Below, in pieces: positions 1 through 17,263 of a stretch of DNA of 64,000 nt. The notes beneath the pieces were generated by a model that worked only from the letters and a program-made list of their open reading frames with translations, searched no databases and had not been told where the DNA came from. Where the stretch lies: the NCBI RefSeq assembly GCF_009914755.1, contig NC_060931.1; one strand, given 5' to 3'. Numbering within the stretch: position 1 is the stretch's first letter; the number at the start of each line of letters is the position of its first letter. The translations under genes were made by a program, and so were the position numbers. This stretch comes from the human T2T-CHM13v2.0 reference genome, Homo sapiens.

Positions 1-224
1 AAAGACAGGCATAAGAAATTATAAGAGTATTATTAGGGAAGTGACAAATGTCCATCAAATCTTCACAATTTATATTCAGAGATTGCAGTAAAAACAGGCG
101 TTAAGAAACTATAAAAGTATTAATTTTGGGAACTGATAAATGTCCATGAAATCTTCACAATTTATGTTCCTCAGCCGCAGCTCCAACAGGTCCCTCCGTT
201 CAGGGTCCCTGACTTCCCGTAACA
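1..224 (-). mobile_element. MER11 (ERVK) LTR, 5' part; continues beyond the window start
   Basis: The reverse complement starts TGTTACGGGAAGTCAGGGACCCTGAACGGAGGGACC, the MER11 LTR start, followed by the characteristic ~90-bp internal tandem unit (ATAAATTGTGAAGATTTCATGGACATTT). Confidence 0.85.
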
Positions 225-2110
225 GTGCTGCACTTTTTTCAAAATTTGTTTCTCCATATATTAACATGATAAAGTGGTTTTTCTCTTTTATTCTGTTAAT
301 ATATTAGATTACACTGATTATTTTTCAAATATTAAGTCAGCTGTTTATTCCTGAGATATACCTCAATTGGTATATATTTGATATTTTGTTAAGGATTTTT
401 AATTCTGTGTTTTTGAGGGGTATTGGTCTGGTTTTCATACAAGCACATGCTTATCTTGTGAAATAAGCAGGGATTCTTCCCCTCTTCTATTTTCTAGAAG
501 ACTTTGTATATAATTGATATTGACTGAAATCTCTTAAGCCATATGAGCTTAGACTACTGTTTATAGGAAAAACTTAACTATGGATTCAATGTATCTATAT
601 ATTAGGACAGGGCTTTGGTTGTTCTTTTTTTTCCTTTATCTCAAATTTTTAAATTTTGTACCTTTGAATGAATTTGTACATCTCATCAAAGTTGGAAATT
701 TTAGTAGGATATATTTGTTCATCATAGCCCCTTATTATCTTTTCAGTGTTTGTAGGATCTGTAGTGAGAGTTACTGCTTTGTTCCTGATACTGGTTATTT
801 CATTGTCTCCTATTCTTGACCAGATCTCTCTTAAAACCAGATTTTGCTTTCACTTATTTTTCTATTACCTGCTTTCCATTTGATCATTTTTCTGCCCTTA
901 TAGTCAATATTTCCTTTCTTTAAACTCATTTTGAGTTTAATTTGCTCTCATTTTTCCAGGTTATAAAGCATTTTAAGCAACACATTTTCCTCTAAGGAAA
1001 CAGCCTTACCTGTATCCTACACATTTTAAAGTTGTGTTCTTATTTTTATTTAGTTCAAATTATTTATGAGAAATTATGTTTTACAGGGATATTGTTTAAT
1101 TTCCAAATATTTGTTGATTTTCTACATATTTCTACTGATTCCTAACATAATTATTTTGTGTTCAGAGACCATGTTTTATAATATATCAATATTTTTAATT
1201 TCTTAACACACTTGAAAAGTTTATGATATAACTTAGAGGATGTATTATGTACACTAAAAATAATATATCTTTTCCTGCTCTTAAGTAGTGCTTTATATAG
1301 ACCTATCAGTTGCAATAGGTAAAGTTGGTTGATAGTATTTTCAACTTTCTTGTTAAAAAATACAATTTAGAAGTATTTTTCAATACTATCTCAAGTATTT
1401 TTGAGTTATCTGTATCTTTACTGATTTTTGTCTACTTATGCTATCACTTATTGAAAAAGAATGTTGAAATCTGCAACTATCAATGTGGATATGTCTATTT
1501 CTTCATTCAGGTCTATCAATATTTGTTTCATGTACTTTGAGTTTCTTTTATTAGATGCATACACATTTAGATAAGTTAATAAAGATTTTTATTCTTCCTT
1601 GATTATTTAAACCTTTGTTATCATGAAATTTACCTCTTTATCCTTGGCAATTTTCCTTGGAATGTAGTGTACTTTGATGTCAATACAATCATTCCAAAAG
1701 TTTTATGCTTAGTGTCTGTATAATATATATTTTTCCATCTGTTATTGTAAATTATCTGTTTCTTTTTACCTAAAGTAAATTTCTTGTATGAGCATACATT
1801 TGGGTCTTGCTGTTTTACCTGGTCTGAATAAACTCTGCCTTTTATTTGGAGTGTTTGATCCATTTACACTTAATGTAATGAATAATAATTAGATAGTTAG
1901 ATAAGTAAGTTTTCTATGTCTTTTTCTTGTTTTTGTTTTGCTCCTTTGCCTTCTTTTAATTCGATATTTTTTATAATTATATTTTGTCTCCCCTAGTGAT
2001 TTATATGTTAGCTGTGTGTGTATATGTGTGTATTTGCTCTAAGGTTTAAAGCACTCATCTTTAATTTATCAATTCTACCACCAAGCACTGTTATATCACT
2101 TCACATTAAT
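225..2110 (-). mobile_element. Old L1M (L1ME-like) ORF2 fragment, heavily degraded
   Basis: T-rich antisense L1 ORF2-like tracts (gatattttgttaaggattttt...tattggtctg, gttgaaatctgcaactat). Boundaries are approximate. Confidence 0.65.
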
Positions 2111-3212
2111 CAAACTTATAATAGTTTACTTATTTTTCTCTACTCTTCCTTGTGCTATTGTTATCACAATGGTCTAGTGCCTCCAGTTAGGAAGCTATGG
2201 TAATCATAAAGTTCATGCTATGATTCTTTTGCCTCCTATTAATATAAAAAATTCCAGTTCAGCTTGCTTTCAAATGTCTGGAGTTTTTTTTTTTTATAAT
2301 GCTTTTTCTGTGTCTTAGTTATCTGAAGTGGGAGTGCAAGTCAGTCTTGTCAGTTAGCTTTACATGATCAAAAGCAAAATTAACTTTAACATGATATATT
2401 CTTTAGAAATAATATCTTCATAAACAAAAAATAAATTGACCTGTCAATAATGCTAGCTCTGAGATAATATTTCAGCTGTATTAAAAGGTTTACATTAAGA
2501 TTTGCTAACTTTACTCCAACTATGATCAACAAATCATTATAAATATTTTATAACTCATATTTATGTTAGAAACATATGGTCATAGGGGAAAAATTAGAAT
2601 ATATAGATGAAGAAAAAATGAAACTTTCCTCTTATATCATACCTAGACATGCAGATTAATATTTTGCTGTAGAATTTGAATAGGTATAGTTCATATATTC
2701 TAAAGAATTCATATTAGAAATTTTGAGAACCATAGGCACAGACTATGACCAAATAAAAACCAAAAACCAAAAACACCTTCTCATATTCCCACCTCCACCT
2801 CTGACTCCTTAATTTAGATGGTCATTACTTCCACCTAAATTATAGATACACTTAGCCTCCTACCTAGTTTTTGTCATCAGTTTTGTTTTTTCGTACCTAT
2901 TCTCATTTTGATCAGAAGGACTTCAATCATACTTTATCATTCCATCACTTAAATTTCCTCAACGAATTCTCACCAAGATTAAATAAATTCTCAACTTCTC
3001 AATATAACACACAACATTTTTTGGCTCTAATTTCATCTCTTCTTATTTATTACAAAGCATTACAAACTCTAGCCATTTTGAGCACACATATGTGGTAAAT
3101 GCAGCACCCATCTGCTGTTTGTTCTCTGAATACCCTCCGTACAACCCCACCACTAACTCTCTTTCTCACACACTTACTTGTCTTACTGTTTCTTCTTCCT
3201 GCTTTACAACTG

Positions 3213-3334
3213 ATGCCTAGGGTTCCATTGTTGGAACACTAAGTATGTGGGAGTTATTTATATCCTATTGCTCAAGGTCATCACCAAGGTCTGATTGCAA
3301 ATATTCAAAAATTGCAACCTCAGGCATAAATGGG
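3213..3334 (+). mobile_element. MER85 piggyBac (PGBD3-derived) MITE, 5' TIR damaged
   Basis: atgcctagggttccattgttggaacactaagtatgtgggagttatttatatcc...ggcataaatggg followed by TTAA (3335-3338), matching the recalled MER85 consensus. Confidence 0.85.
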
Positions 3335-3439
3335 TTAAGATGAAGTTCAGGCATCTGTTTGCTTTAGGCTGGGTTAGTTGTATTTATTTATTTATTTATT
3401 TATTTATTTTTTGCTCCCACAGTTGCCAGTACACTCATG

Positions 3440-3611
3440 GTTCTATGATAAAATATTGTGCTGTGGTCTAATATTTTCTTTACTTCTTTGTCTCTCTCAC
3501 TAGATTGTGAGTTATTTGAGAGCAGATATTATGTTTTCCATTTTTTAATCACTAGGGTGCAGTAGACCATCTGGCACATATTAACTACTCAATATGTATT
3601 TGTTGAATGAA
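3440..3611 (+). mobile_element. L2 3' end
   Basis: ctagattgtgag...ctggcacata...ctcaatatgtatttgttgaatgaa is the typical L2 3' terminus. Confidence 0.7.
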
Positions 3612-4989
3612 ATAATTAAAACCATTACTCATGTGATAATCAAATTGGCACTCTTGATTTCACTGGCACTTTATGTTAGACCTCTATATTCTTTATCTGT
3701 ATCTACAAGACAACATCAATGGTAAGACACATCCTCCAATAATATTATGTGATTCTAGCTAAAAGGAACATAAGAAAAATTGTAACTTTTTTTCTACTTT
3801 TCACACTGAAAACTGTGACATCTATTAAAATACTTTTACCCAAAACCAGAAATATAAAAGTGTATATTCAATAATAAATATTAGGAAATTGATGTCTACA
3901 GACATGTTTCAAACATCTCATAAAAGCTCTTTTTTCTTTTGCCACTTCCAAATTAGGACCGTTCTTGTTTTTGAATTCAGCTCCAGGTATTCAATTTAGT
4001 CTTCGAGAATTAAGTCTTAATTATCTCAGTGATCATCTCACTGCCTTGCATTCTCAATTTAGCAATTGATCACAGAGTGAGCACAACATAGCATTTGGAC
4101 ATAAAAATCAACTTTAAGTTTTGACTACAATCCACTCAGTGATTTAAGCACGTACTGTGGTCTGAGTCCAAAAATATTTCATATTGATAACAGAGGAACT
4201 TTTGTGATTCGTTTCACCTTCAAACTCCAGAATATTAGTATCCCTTAACAAAAACAATTTGTATTGGATAAAAATGTTTGGTATAAATTAGGACTCTTCA
4301 CAGTTCAAATAATAATAATAGTAATAATTAGAAAACCCAACCTCACCTAACAATGAATGTTTAATGATATGAGTGATTTGTTGGCTAATATAACCAGAAG
4401 TTCCAGAGGATGAATGGATTATATTTGGCTCAGTTTAGCAGCTCAGTATTACCATTAAAGATCCAGTTTAATTTTATTTCCCTGTATTCCATAGTACTAG
4501 CATTATCCCAGCACTGACTTTCTTCATGGTGTCAAAATGACTTATAGTTCCAGACTTCATATCTTTATGCCACATCTTTCAGAATGAAACAAAAGTTGGC
4601 TACAAGTAGGTCTTTGAGAAATCTGAAAATCATCTTTCCTAGAAGCATAATTATTTTTGAAGCTTGACTCAACTTGGCCCTTTTATTTGATCATATGCCC
4701 ATTCCAGAAAAATTATCTGTCAACAAAGAAGTATCATATGCTAACGGTATAGATTTTAGGTCCCTGAATCAATTACTATTGTGGCATAGGGTTACCTCAA
4801 CAGGGTTAGACCTATCAAAAATCATCTCTGGATCATGGAATGAGGCAATTACCCCTAACCCAAAACCAGGCCGTTTTTAAATAGCTAGGAAGAAAAGTGA
4901 GTCTTGGGGATAAAACATGGAAATTTAGAACCAGAGCTGGAAGTGATGAATTCAAACATTTTTAAACAAAAATAAAATTCCTTAAAATT

Positions 4990-5092
4990 AGGGTTGACAA
5001 ATTTATTGAATAAAAATACTTGGCACCCATTTAAATTTGATTTTCAGATAAACAACAATTAAATTTTAGCATAAGTATGTCCCATGAAATTG
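4990..5092. mobile_element. MER53 (hAT MITE) half element
   Basis: agggttgacaa...ttaaatttgattttcagataaacaac...ataagtatgtcccatg matches one arm of palindromic MER53. Confidence 0.65.
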
Positions 5093-5585
5093 TACTTGAA
5101 ATCTCATTTAGACTGCAATATATGAGTTATTTAAAATACATTTTTTTTGTAAAAGTACAAAAAAAAGACAACTTTTTATGGGAAACAAAATAAATAAAGA
5201 TAAGACAAAGACTGGCTGTAGTTTTCATTTGATTATTTCAGTCAGTGACCACACATACATCCAGTAATTATGGGAATGTTAGGTAGGAAAGTCAGTTCAA
5301 TGCTCCTGGTCTTAATGAAGAGGACTCATCCCTAAGTACTACAGAAGGCTCACTCTGCCTTCTTACTGATTACTAAAATTGGGAACAGTTTGCTCAGCTC
5401 TGGGAGGAAGTTGCCTCTCATGTATAAAGGGCAGTCTCTGCCGTTGCAGGCAAGAGGTATCTTGACCCAGTCTGTTTGACTGGATGGATAGGCTCTCTAA
5501 CTCTGAGCTTCAGACTTAGGAAGCCCATTTCACTCTAACTCTAAAAAAATTGCTTTAAACTTAGATTTAATTAATAATAGGTGTG

Positions 5586-5895
<310 letters not shown>

Positions 5896-7839
5896 ATAAT
5901 AAGGGTGATAGTCCAGGCCCCATCTTTTACTCCGTTGTGCTGTTTATATTTTCACCCTTGATTGCAGAACTTTATAGGGAAGTTTATATGCCCTCCTTAG
6001 AAAATTCAACCCAAATTATTCTCGCTAATTTATATGTACTGGAACTAAGAGGTTATCAATATATGCTACCTATTTATATAAATGGCATAAATTTTGGAGT
6101 GTTTACTGATTTAGACTTTTTGAAATAAAGTTTAACCTTTATGGGATAATATTAAACATAAGTTCCCCATTTTTAATTTATTACAATAAATAAATTATAT
6201 ACAATTAGTGGATATAAATATTGAGAGTGTTTCTGAGGATATATAAAAATGGCTGCATCATGACAATTACTCTCAGGAATCAAAAGAGAAGTGGCACTGA
6301 AACAGGTGAAAGAGGAAGTAGGGACAATATAATGTAATAGACAAGAGGTATGGACCTGAGATATTTAGCTGAATATGTGTACAAATTCACATGTCTGGAC
6401 TCTGTTCACAACCACCAAAAAACAACCATCCCAAAGGAAGACAAAACATTGTTCTAGAAATATAGGGATGCCAGGTGGAAAGATGAATATGGAAGTGTTT
6501 GCAGCAGGCTTTACAATGCTAGTGATGTGCTGTAATTTGAATTGCCACCTTGAGTGGGTTTTGCTTTTCTTACCACTGAAGTTTAGATGACCTGTGACGT
6601 GGTTTTTCAAAATTAACAAAACAAGTACAGAGACAGAATCATCCAGAAGCTTTCAAGGATATTACATTCTGGACATGAATTCATGAGATAGGAACCACCC
6701 TCAGAAGTGGGAACTTTTAAAATAAAGCTATTGCCTCAGCCCATGGTGGGAAGTTTACAAAACCAGCTGCACTTTGCATCTCTGGGTCTAACAAAGATCA
6801 CATATCAAAGCTTCATGACCAAATTAATGTGTAGCTTATCCCCCTCCCCAAGGTCTTTCCCTTGGTTTTATTATTACTGACAATATTGTAAGAGCAGTGT
6901 GAAATGGCCAATTCACACATGTGCCACGTTTTGCACACTGCCTGAACCTGCTGGAACATGATTTTCCTAAGAATGATGACAGTAATAAACATCTTCTGGC
7001 AGAGGCTTGCAAAACCTGCACCCATTTTAGTCACTCAGTAATGGCTCATAAAATTCTTTGAGAACTGCAGGAGAAAAACAATGTACATACTCATGCATAA
7101 ATTAAAACTAGAAGTGCCAGCTCAATGGAACTCGACTTCTCACACTCTGGGACAACTGTGGAGCAATTAAAAATAAACAAACCCATCAGATGTAGGTACA
7201 GCCAACGGTCATCAGAGAAAGTGCTCTCTGTTTGAGATCAAACCATTAACCAGTGCCTTCCTTGAGCTGATTCCCTCTTTGGTCTGTGAAAATATTCAGG
7301 ATACTTTACATAATCCTTCCTGATGAGTTCTCTTACAAAGGCAATGTCAATGTGAATGGATGAGAAGAAAAATGCTCATCTTGATTTCCCTTTACATTTA
7401 AGGATCATTTTCTGCACAAAATGTAATATAAGCATAAACATTCCTGATTCCCTTCTTTACATAAAAGTTTCAAGTTTGAGCTCTGTCATTTTCATGGGTG
7501 AACAATTCAGAAATGCTCTTTATTTTGTCAAGTTTTAAAGAAAGAAAATAATCAGAAATACCTAAAAAATATTCTCATAGAACTCAAAAAATCATTAGTT
7601 CATAGAGCATTTCTAGCAATACTTTAGAATCATTTTCTCAGCCCTGCTCACTATGAGTAGGACTCTTTACAGTTTTCAGAACTGAAAAAAAAAAATCGGT
7701 TTTATGGTCAAGTTTCCATACTTGTCTTAGCAATTGAAATCTTATTCTACAGTTATTTGGAACGTTCTCAGGTGGAAAGTAATGGGTACCAGTTTTATCT
7801 GTCATCTAACATAATATTTGGCAGTTGATACAATGTGGT

Positions 7840-8690
7840 GTATTAATACTCCCCTCAAATAGCAAGATGATAATTTGGGAATTTTTCCCCAGATCTGGAA
7901 GCAGGTTTAGTTGGTCCTGGGATAGTCCCAACCAACTTGCCAGAGATTGCTTTAGTCATGGTCATGTGACCAATTCTGGACAACAAGCCATGCCTTGAGG
8001 TTTATGACAGGCCCTTGGGAAAGTTCTTCCTTGCTTTTAAGAGAGAATAGGAAAGCTTTATATTTCTCCCCAATGGTTGTGAATGAGAAAACATGTAGCC
8101 CCTATTACTTTGGGCATTTGTCTCAAATCTATGAAGAAATGAGATAAAGCCAATTGAGAGAGAGTCCAATGGGAAGATTTTTGAGGTGCTAGTATTAGTC
8201 CGTTTTCATACTGCCATAAAGAACTGCCCAAGACTGGGTAATTTATAAAGGAAAGAAGTTTAATTGACTCACCGTTCAGCATGGCTGGGGAGGCCTCAGG
8301 AAACTTACAATCACAGCAGAAGGCAAAGAGCAAACAGGTACCTTCTTCACAAGGCAGCAGGAAGGAGAATAGTGAAGAGCAAAGGGGGAAGAGCTCCTTA
8401 TAAAACCATCAGATCTCATGAGAACTCACTCACTATCAAGAGAACAGCATGGGAGAACCACCCCCATGATCCAATTACGTCCACCTGGTCTCTCCCTAGA
8501 CATATGGGGATTATGGGGATTACAATTCAAGATGAAATTTGGGTGGAGACACAAAGCCTAACCATATCAGTGGTGGATTAGCCAACACTAAACCCTACCT
8601 ATTTCTGATTTCCTTTTGTATTAGCTAGTAAGTAATCTGTTCTTTTAAGTCATTGTTTCAGGTTTTGTCACTTACAGTAAGAGGCAGTTC
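7840..8690 (+). mobile_element. Ancient ERVL/MaLR-type LTR interrupted by THE1
   Basis: ggtcatgtgaccaattctgg and a terminal ggttttgtcactta motif typical of old MLT1-type LTRs. Family is uncertain. Confidence 0.4.
8191..8569 (-). mobile_element. THE1 (THE1C/D) MaLR solo LTR
   Basis: gtattagtccgttttcatactgcc...gactgggtaatttataaag...aaagcctaaccatatca; 5-bp TSD gtgct/gtggt. Confidence 0.92.
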
Positions 8691-9040
8691 AAAAGACTTA
8701 AGAACTTTACAAAATGTCCTTTCTTATTACACAGTGACTTATGGGGTGGAGGGTTGCAGATGCTCAGTTGTTAAGTGTATGGACCAAAATGACATATGGC
8801 AAAGAAGCAGGCCCATTAGACAATGAAAGAATAATGATGTAAGAATGGCAGGCTCTTTGTCTCAGAGAAGTGGCTACACCTGATAAGAATCCCAGTTCTA
8901 CCACCCATGTGTAGGCCCTCACCAAATTTTTCTGCAACTCTCTAGGGTTTAATTTCTAATATTTTTTTCTCTATATCCTCCTTCTTGACTCTGCACCTGC
9001 TATTTTCAATTACAGCCCATCCACCTCACTTGTTGTGTGA

Positions 9041-9043
<3 letters not shown>

Positions 9044-9078
<35 letters not shown>
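9044..9078. repeat. (CA)n microsatellite
   Basis: Uninterrupted CA run read directly. Confidence 0.95.
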
Positions 9079-9079
<1 letters not shown>

Positions 9080-9369
9080 ACATCACAGAGTATTCTGTGA
9101 TGGTGGTGTCCCAGATGATTTGGGGAATCACAGGAAGGGAAAGTGAGTCCTTCCTGTATAAATAACTGCATACATACTTTCTGTTTTTTCTCTTGTCTCT
9201 TCTTACCTATTCAGAGCCACCTACCAAATTCTTTTTATGTTTTATGCACATGAATTTTATCCACTCCTAGGACATAAAACTTCTTTATTTCTACTCTAAG
9301 CAATACGCCAAAGAATTTTCCCAATAAATGTTGATCTTCTTCTACAAGGACTCCTTTTCCAACTGCAAA

Positions 9370-9445
9370 ATATATATATACACACACATATATATGTGTA
9401 TATATTCATATATGTATATATACATATATGTATGTATATATATAT
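9370..9445. repeat. Mixed (TA)/(CA)/(TG) microsatellite
   Basis: Alternating purine-pyrimidine tract read directly. Confidence 0.9.
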
Positions 9446-10358
9446 TCCCATTGAAAAGTGCACTTCTTTTTCAAATTTATGTGAAAATTGGCTTAATTAG
9501 GAGGAAGATGTTCTTAGGATACTGCACCTACAAAATAAAATTCCCAAATATGACCAGGAGCATCCTTCTGAATCAGTGTGACTCTCAACTCCAAATGAAG
9601 TTTAGGTTTTGCCTGACCCCTTCCCAAGTAGAAAATGTTTCTCAGGCAACAGGGGCTTTTCCCACAAAAAAGGTCAGTTTTGGGATTAAAGAGAGGTACA
9701 AATGAATGGTTTTAGGAGTAGATACATCTTAGGTAAGAAATAGAGAAAAGGATTCATACAAGAACTGTAAGGCTCTGAATTCCCAGGAGAGTATGTAGAG
9801 CACTCAGTCCTGACAGTAAGCACCCTCTTTGAATAAATAGAGTCCTGCTAGATGGCAGGATTCCAAGCTGATGCTTTGAGAAGAAAGACCTCTGGAAAAA
9901 CCTCACAATATTAATAAATACTTGTCATTAGATAATTTCAGCTGCAAAAAATGCTTCAAATGTCTCTTCCAATATAATTCACCTTTGTTCTAGATATCAA
10001 AGATCTCAGAAAAGCAGTTAAGACTATGATGTATAAGTCAGCACTTAAAAGATCTTACCTTTTAATTAAAGGTTATAAAAATTATCCACACTCAAAATAT
10101 CAACTCAGAAAAAAAAATCTCACAATTTGGGCCAGTTTTGTTATCCTTTAGATAGCACTGAAGTATTTGCTTATTGCAATAGTATAGAGTGTTTCTATAC
10201 AATCACATATTTTTGCAGATATAGAGGCAGCACACACACAGTTGTTGATTATTAATTTTCAAAAAGAATATAATTAATAGCTTGGAATCACAGAATGAAG
10301 AATGTAATTAATAGCCTGGAATGACAGTATTGTTGAGTGCTAAGAAAGCTATGGTCTT

Positions 10359-10577
10359 CAGACTGGCGAAAGTGGCAAAACCGCATCTCTACAAAAAATA
10401 TAAAAATTAGTCGGGCGTGGTGGCACACAACTGTGGTCCCAGCTACACAGGAAGCTGAGGCAGGATAATCGCTTGAACCTGGGAAGCAGAGGTTGCAGTG
10501 AGTCACTGCACTCCAGCCTAGGCGACGAAGCAAGACTGTGTCTCAAAACAAAACAAAATGACAAAACAAACAAACAA
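10359..10577 (+). mobile_element. 5'-truncated old Alu (AluJ/S)
   Basis: Starts in the middle of the left arm, has the right arm and a (CAAAA)n tail; degenerate TSD aagaaagctatggtctt / aaaacacctatgatctt. Confidence 0.88.
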
Positions 10578-10799
10578 AAACACCTATGATCTTGTTTTGG
10601 TTCTAAAAGTTTCAAACTTTACCTTTCCCAGGATGCCTTAGTTTTCTCATTGGTAAATGAGGTAACTGGGTGTTCTGTTCGTTATGTAACTCACAGTTTT
10701 AAATTATTAGATCTGATTTTAATGAGCTTGAAAATACAAATCAAGGTATCTAATCTCTTTTGCTCTCAGGTTTTTCAACTATAAAAGAGAATTGTAAGA

Positions 10800-11335
10800 T
10801 ACCAGTAGTGAGTGTATGCATATAACATCTGGAGCCCTTTTTGGAGAACAATGCTTACGCTCTCCCCAACTCCTGCCCCACCCCTGGCATCTCGGTTCCA
10901 CCGTAAACTCATTATTAGTTCAGGTGGTTTGAGAGAAGTTGATCAGGTTCTGTCAAGGGAAACACATGACCTGTCCTGAACAATCTGACCAGTGATTAGC
11001 CATGGCCATTGTTACAGAAATAGACATTTGACCCAGGCTATACCAATTAATATTCTCTTAAGACTTTTGCTGGACCTAACCAGAAACAAAACTCCCTTTT
11101 TCTGAGGTGTAAGCAATGAGAGAAATTTGACTTCAATTTGCCATTGGCCACGTTGCCACTACTTGTAGTGAGAATGAAGGTAAGGTGGGAGCTGAGAGAG
11201 AGAGAACATTTCATTTCGAATCCCAGAATTCAAATGCCTAAAGCCTATTTTTTGCTTGTTTGTTTCATGAGCCAATAAATTTTCCTTTTCCTTAAGGTGC
11301 TAATTTTCCTTGGATTTCTGTCACTAAACACTGAA
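10800..11335 (+). mobile_element. Ancient MaLR/ERVL LTR (MLT1J/K-like)
   Basis: Ends gagccaataaattttccttttccttaag...ggatttctgtcact, typical of old MLT1 LTR 3' ends. Confidence 0.5.
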
Positions 11336-11375
11336 AATATTGACAGACATATTACCTTAGAAATTTATGAAACGT

Positions 11376-12279
11376 GGGAGGAGCCAAGATGGCCGAATAG
11401 GAACAGCTCCGGTCTACAGCTCCCAGCGTGAGCGACGCAGAAGACGGGTGATTTCTGCATTTCCATCTGAGGTACCAGGTTCATCTCAGTAGGGAGTGCC
11501 AGACAGTGGGCACAGGTCAGTGGGTGCGCCCACCGTGCGCGAGCCGAAGCAGGGCGAGGCATTGCCTCACTCCGGAAGCGCAAGGGGTCAGGGAGTTCCC
11601 TTTCCGAGTCAAAGAAAGGGGTGACGGACTCACCTGGAAAATCGGGTCACTCCCACCCGAATACTGCGCTTTTCCGACGGGCTTAAAAAACGGCGCAGCG
11701 CGAGTTTATATCCCACACCTGGCAGGGAGGGTCCTACGCCCACAGAGTCTCACTGATTGCTAGCACAGCAGTCTGAGATCAGACTGCAAGGCAGCAGCCA
11801 GGCTGGGGGAGGGGCGCCCGCCATTGCCCAGGCTTGCTTAGGTAAACAAAGCAGCCGGGAAGCTCGAACTGGGTGGAGCCCACCACAGCTCAAGGAGGCC
11901 TGCCTGCCTCTGTAGGCTCCACCTCTGGGGGCAGGGCACAGACAAACAAAAAGACAGCAGTAACCTCTGCAGACTTAAATGTCCCTGTCTGACAGCTTTG
12001 AAGAGAGCAGTGGTTGTCCCAGTACGCAGCTGGAGATCTGAGAACGGGCAGACTGCCTCCTCAAGTGGGTACCTGACCCCTGACCCCCGAGCAGCCTAAC
12101 TGGGAGGCACCCCCCAGCAGGGGCACACTGACACCTCGCACGGCAGGGTACTCCAACAGACCTGCACCTGAGGGTCCTGTCTGTTAGAAGGAAAACTAAC
12201 AAACAGAAAGGACATCCACACCAAAAACCCATCTGTACATCACCATCATCAAAGACCAAAAGTAGATAAAACCACAAAG
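11376..12279. promoter_or_regulatory. L1 5'UTR: internal sense promoter and antisense promoter
   Basis: CpG-rich; YY1 motif AAGATGGCC at 11386-11394; RUNX3 site TGCATTTCCATCTGAGGTA at 11456-11474; SOX-type AACAAA motifs near 11845 and 11945. Confidence 0.8.
11609..11824 (-). pseudogene. L1 ORF0, truncated by a premature stop
   Basis: Minus-strand ATG at 11824 reads MAGAPPPAWLLPCSLISDCCASNQ*. The TGA at 11752-11750 replaces the Arg25 codon of the 71-aa ORF0. Confidence 0.8.
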
Positions 12280-13296
12280 ATGGGGAAAAAACAGAACAGA
12301 AAAACTGGAAACTCTAAAAAGCAGAGCGCCTCTCCTCCTCCAAAGGAACGCAGTTCCTCACCAGCAACAGAACAAAGCTGGACGGAGAACGACTTTGACA
12401 AGCTGAGAGAAGAAGGCTTCAGACGATCAAATTACTCTGAGCTATGGGAGGACATTCAAACCAAAGGCAAAGAAGTTGAAAACTTTGAAAAAAATTGAGA
12501 AGAATGTATAACTAGAATAACCAATACAGAGAAGTGCTTAAAGGAGCTGATGGAGCTGAAAACCAAGGCTCGAGAACTACGTGAAGAATGCAGAAGCCTC
12601 AGGAGCCGATGCGATCAACTGGAAGAAAGGGTATCAGCAATGGAAGATGAAATGAATGAAATGAAGTGAGAAGGGAAGTTTAGAGAAAAAAGAATAAAAA
12701 GAAATGAGCAAAGCCTCCAAGAAATATGGGACTATGTGAAAAGACCAAATCTACGTCTGATTGGTGTACCTGAAAGTGACGGGGAGAATGGAACCAAGTT
12801 GGAAAACACTCTGCAGGATATTATCCAGGAGAACTTCCCCAATCTAACAAGGCAGGCCAACGTTCAGATTCAGGAAATACAGAGAACACCACAAAGATAC
12901 TCCTCGAGAAGAGCAACTCCAAGACACATAATTATCAGATTCACCAAAGTTGAAATGAAGGAAAAAATGTTAAGGGCAGCCAGAGAGAAAGGTCGGGTTA
13001 CCCTCAAAGGGAAGCCCATCAGACTAACAGCGGATCTCTCGGCAGAAACCCTACAAGCCAGAAGAGAGTGGGGGCCAATATTCAACATTCTTAAAGGAAA
13101 GAATTTTCAACCCAGAATTTCACATCCAGCCAAACTAAGCTTCATAAGTGAAGGAGAAATAAAATACTTTACAGACAAGCAAATGCTGAGAGATTTTGTC
13201 ACCACCAGGCCTGCCCTAAAAGAGCTCCTGAAGGAAGCGCTAAACATGGAAAGGGACAACCGGTGTCAGCTGCTGCAAAATCATGCCAAAATGTAA
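12280..13296 (+). pseudogene. L1 ORF1p (RNA-binding chaperone) with two in-frame nonsense codons
   Basis: 1017-nt span equals 338 codons plus stop (MGKKQNRKTGNSK...QNHAKM). TGA at 12496-12498 (codon 73) and at 12667-12669 (codon 130). Confidence 0.95.
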
Positions 13297-13332
13297 AGAC
13301 CATCGAGACTAGGAAGAAACTGCATCAACTAA

Positions 13333-17186
<3,854 letters not shown>

Positions 17187-17241
17187 ACAATGAGATCACA
17201 TGGACACAGGAAGGGGAACATCACACTCTGGGGACTGTTGT

Positions 17242-17263
17242 GGGGTGGGGGGAGGGGGGAGGG
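17242..17263 (+). other. G-quadruplex-forming tract in the L1 3'UTR
   Basis: ggggtggggggaggggggaggg, four G-runs with 1-nt loops. Confidence 0.7.

Noticed and set aside
1-170. Direct repeats resembling a repeat-spacer array
   Set aside because: These are the internal tandem units of the MER11 LTR; there are no unique spacers and the context is eukaryotic.
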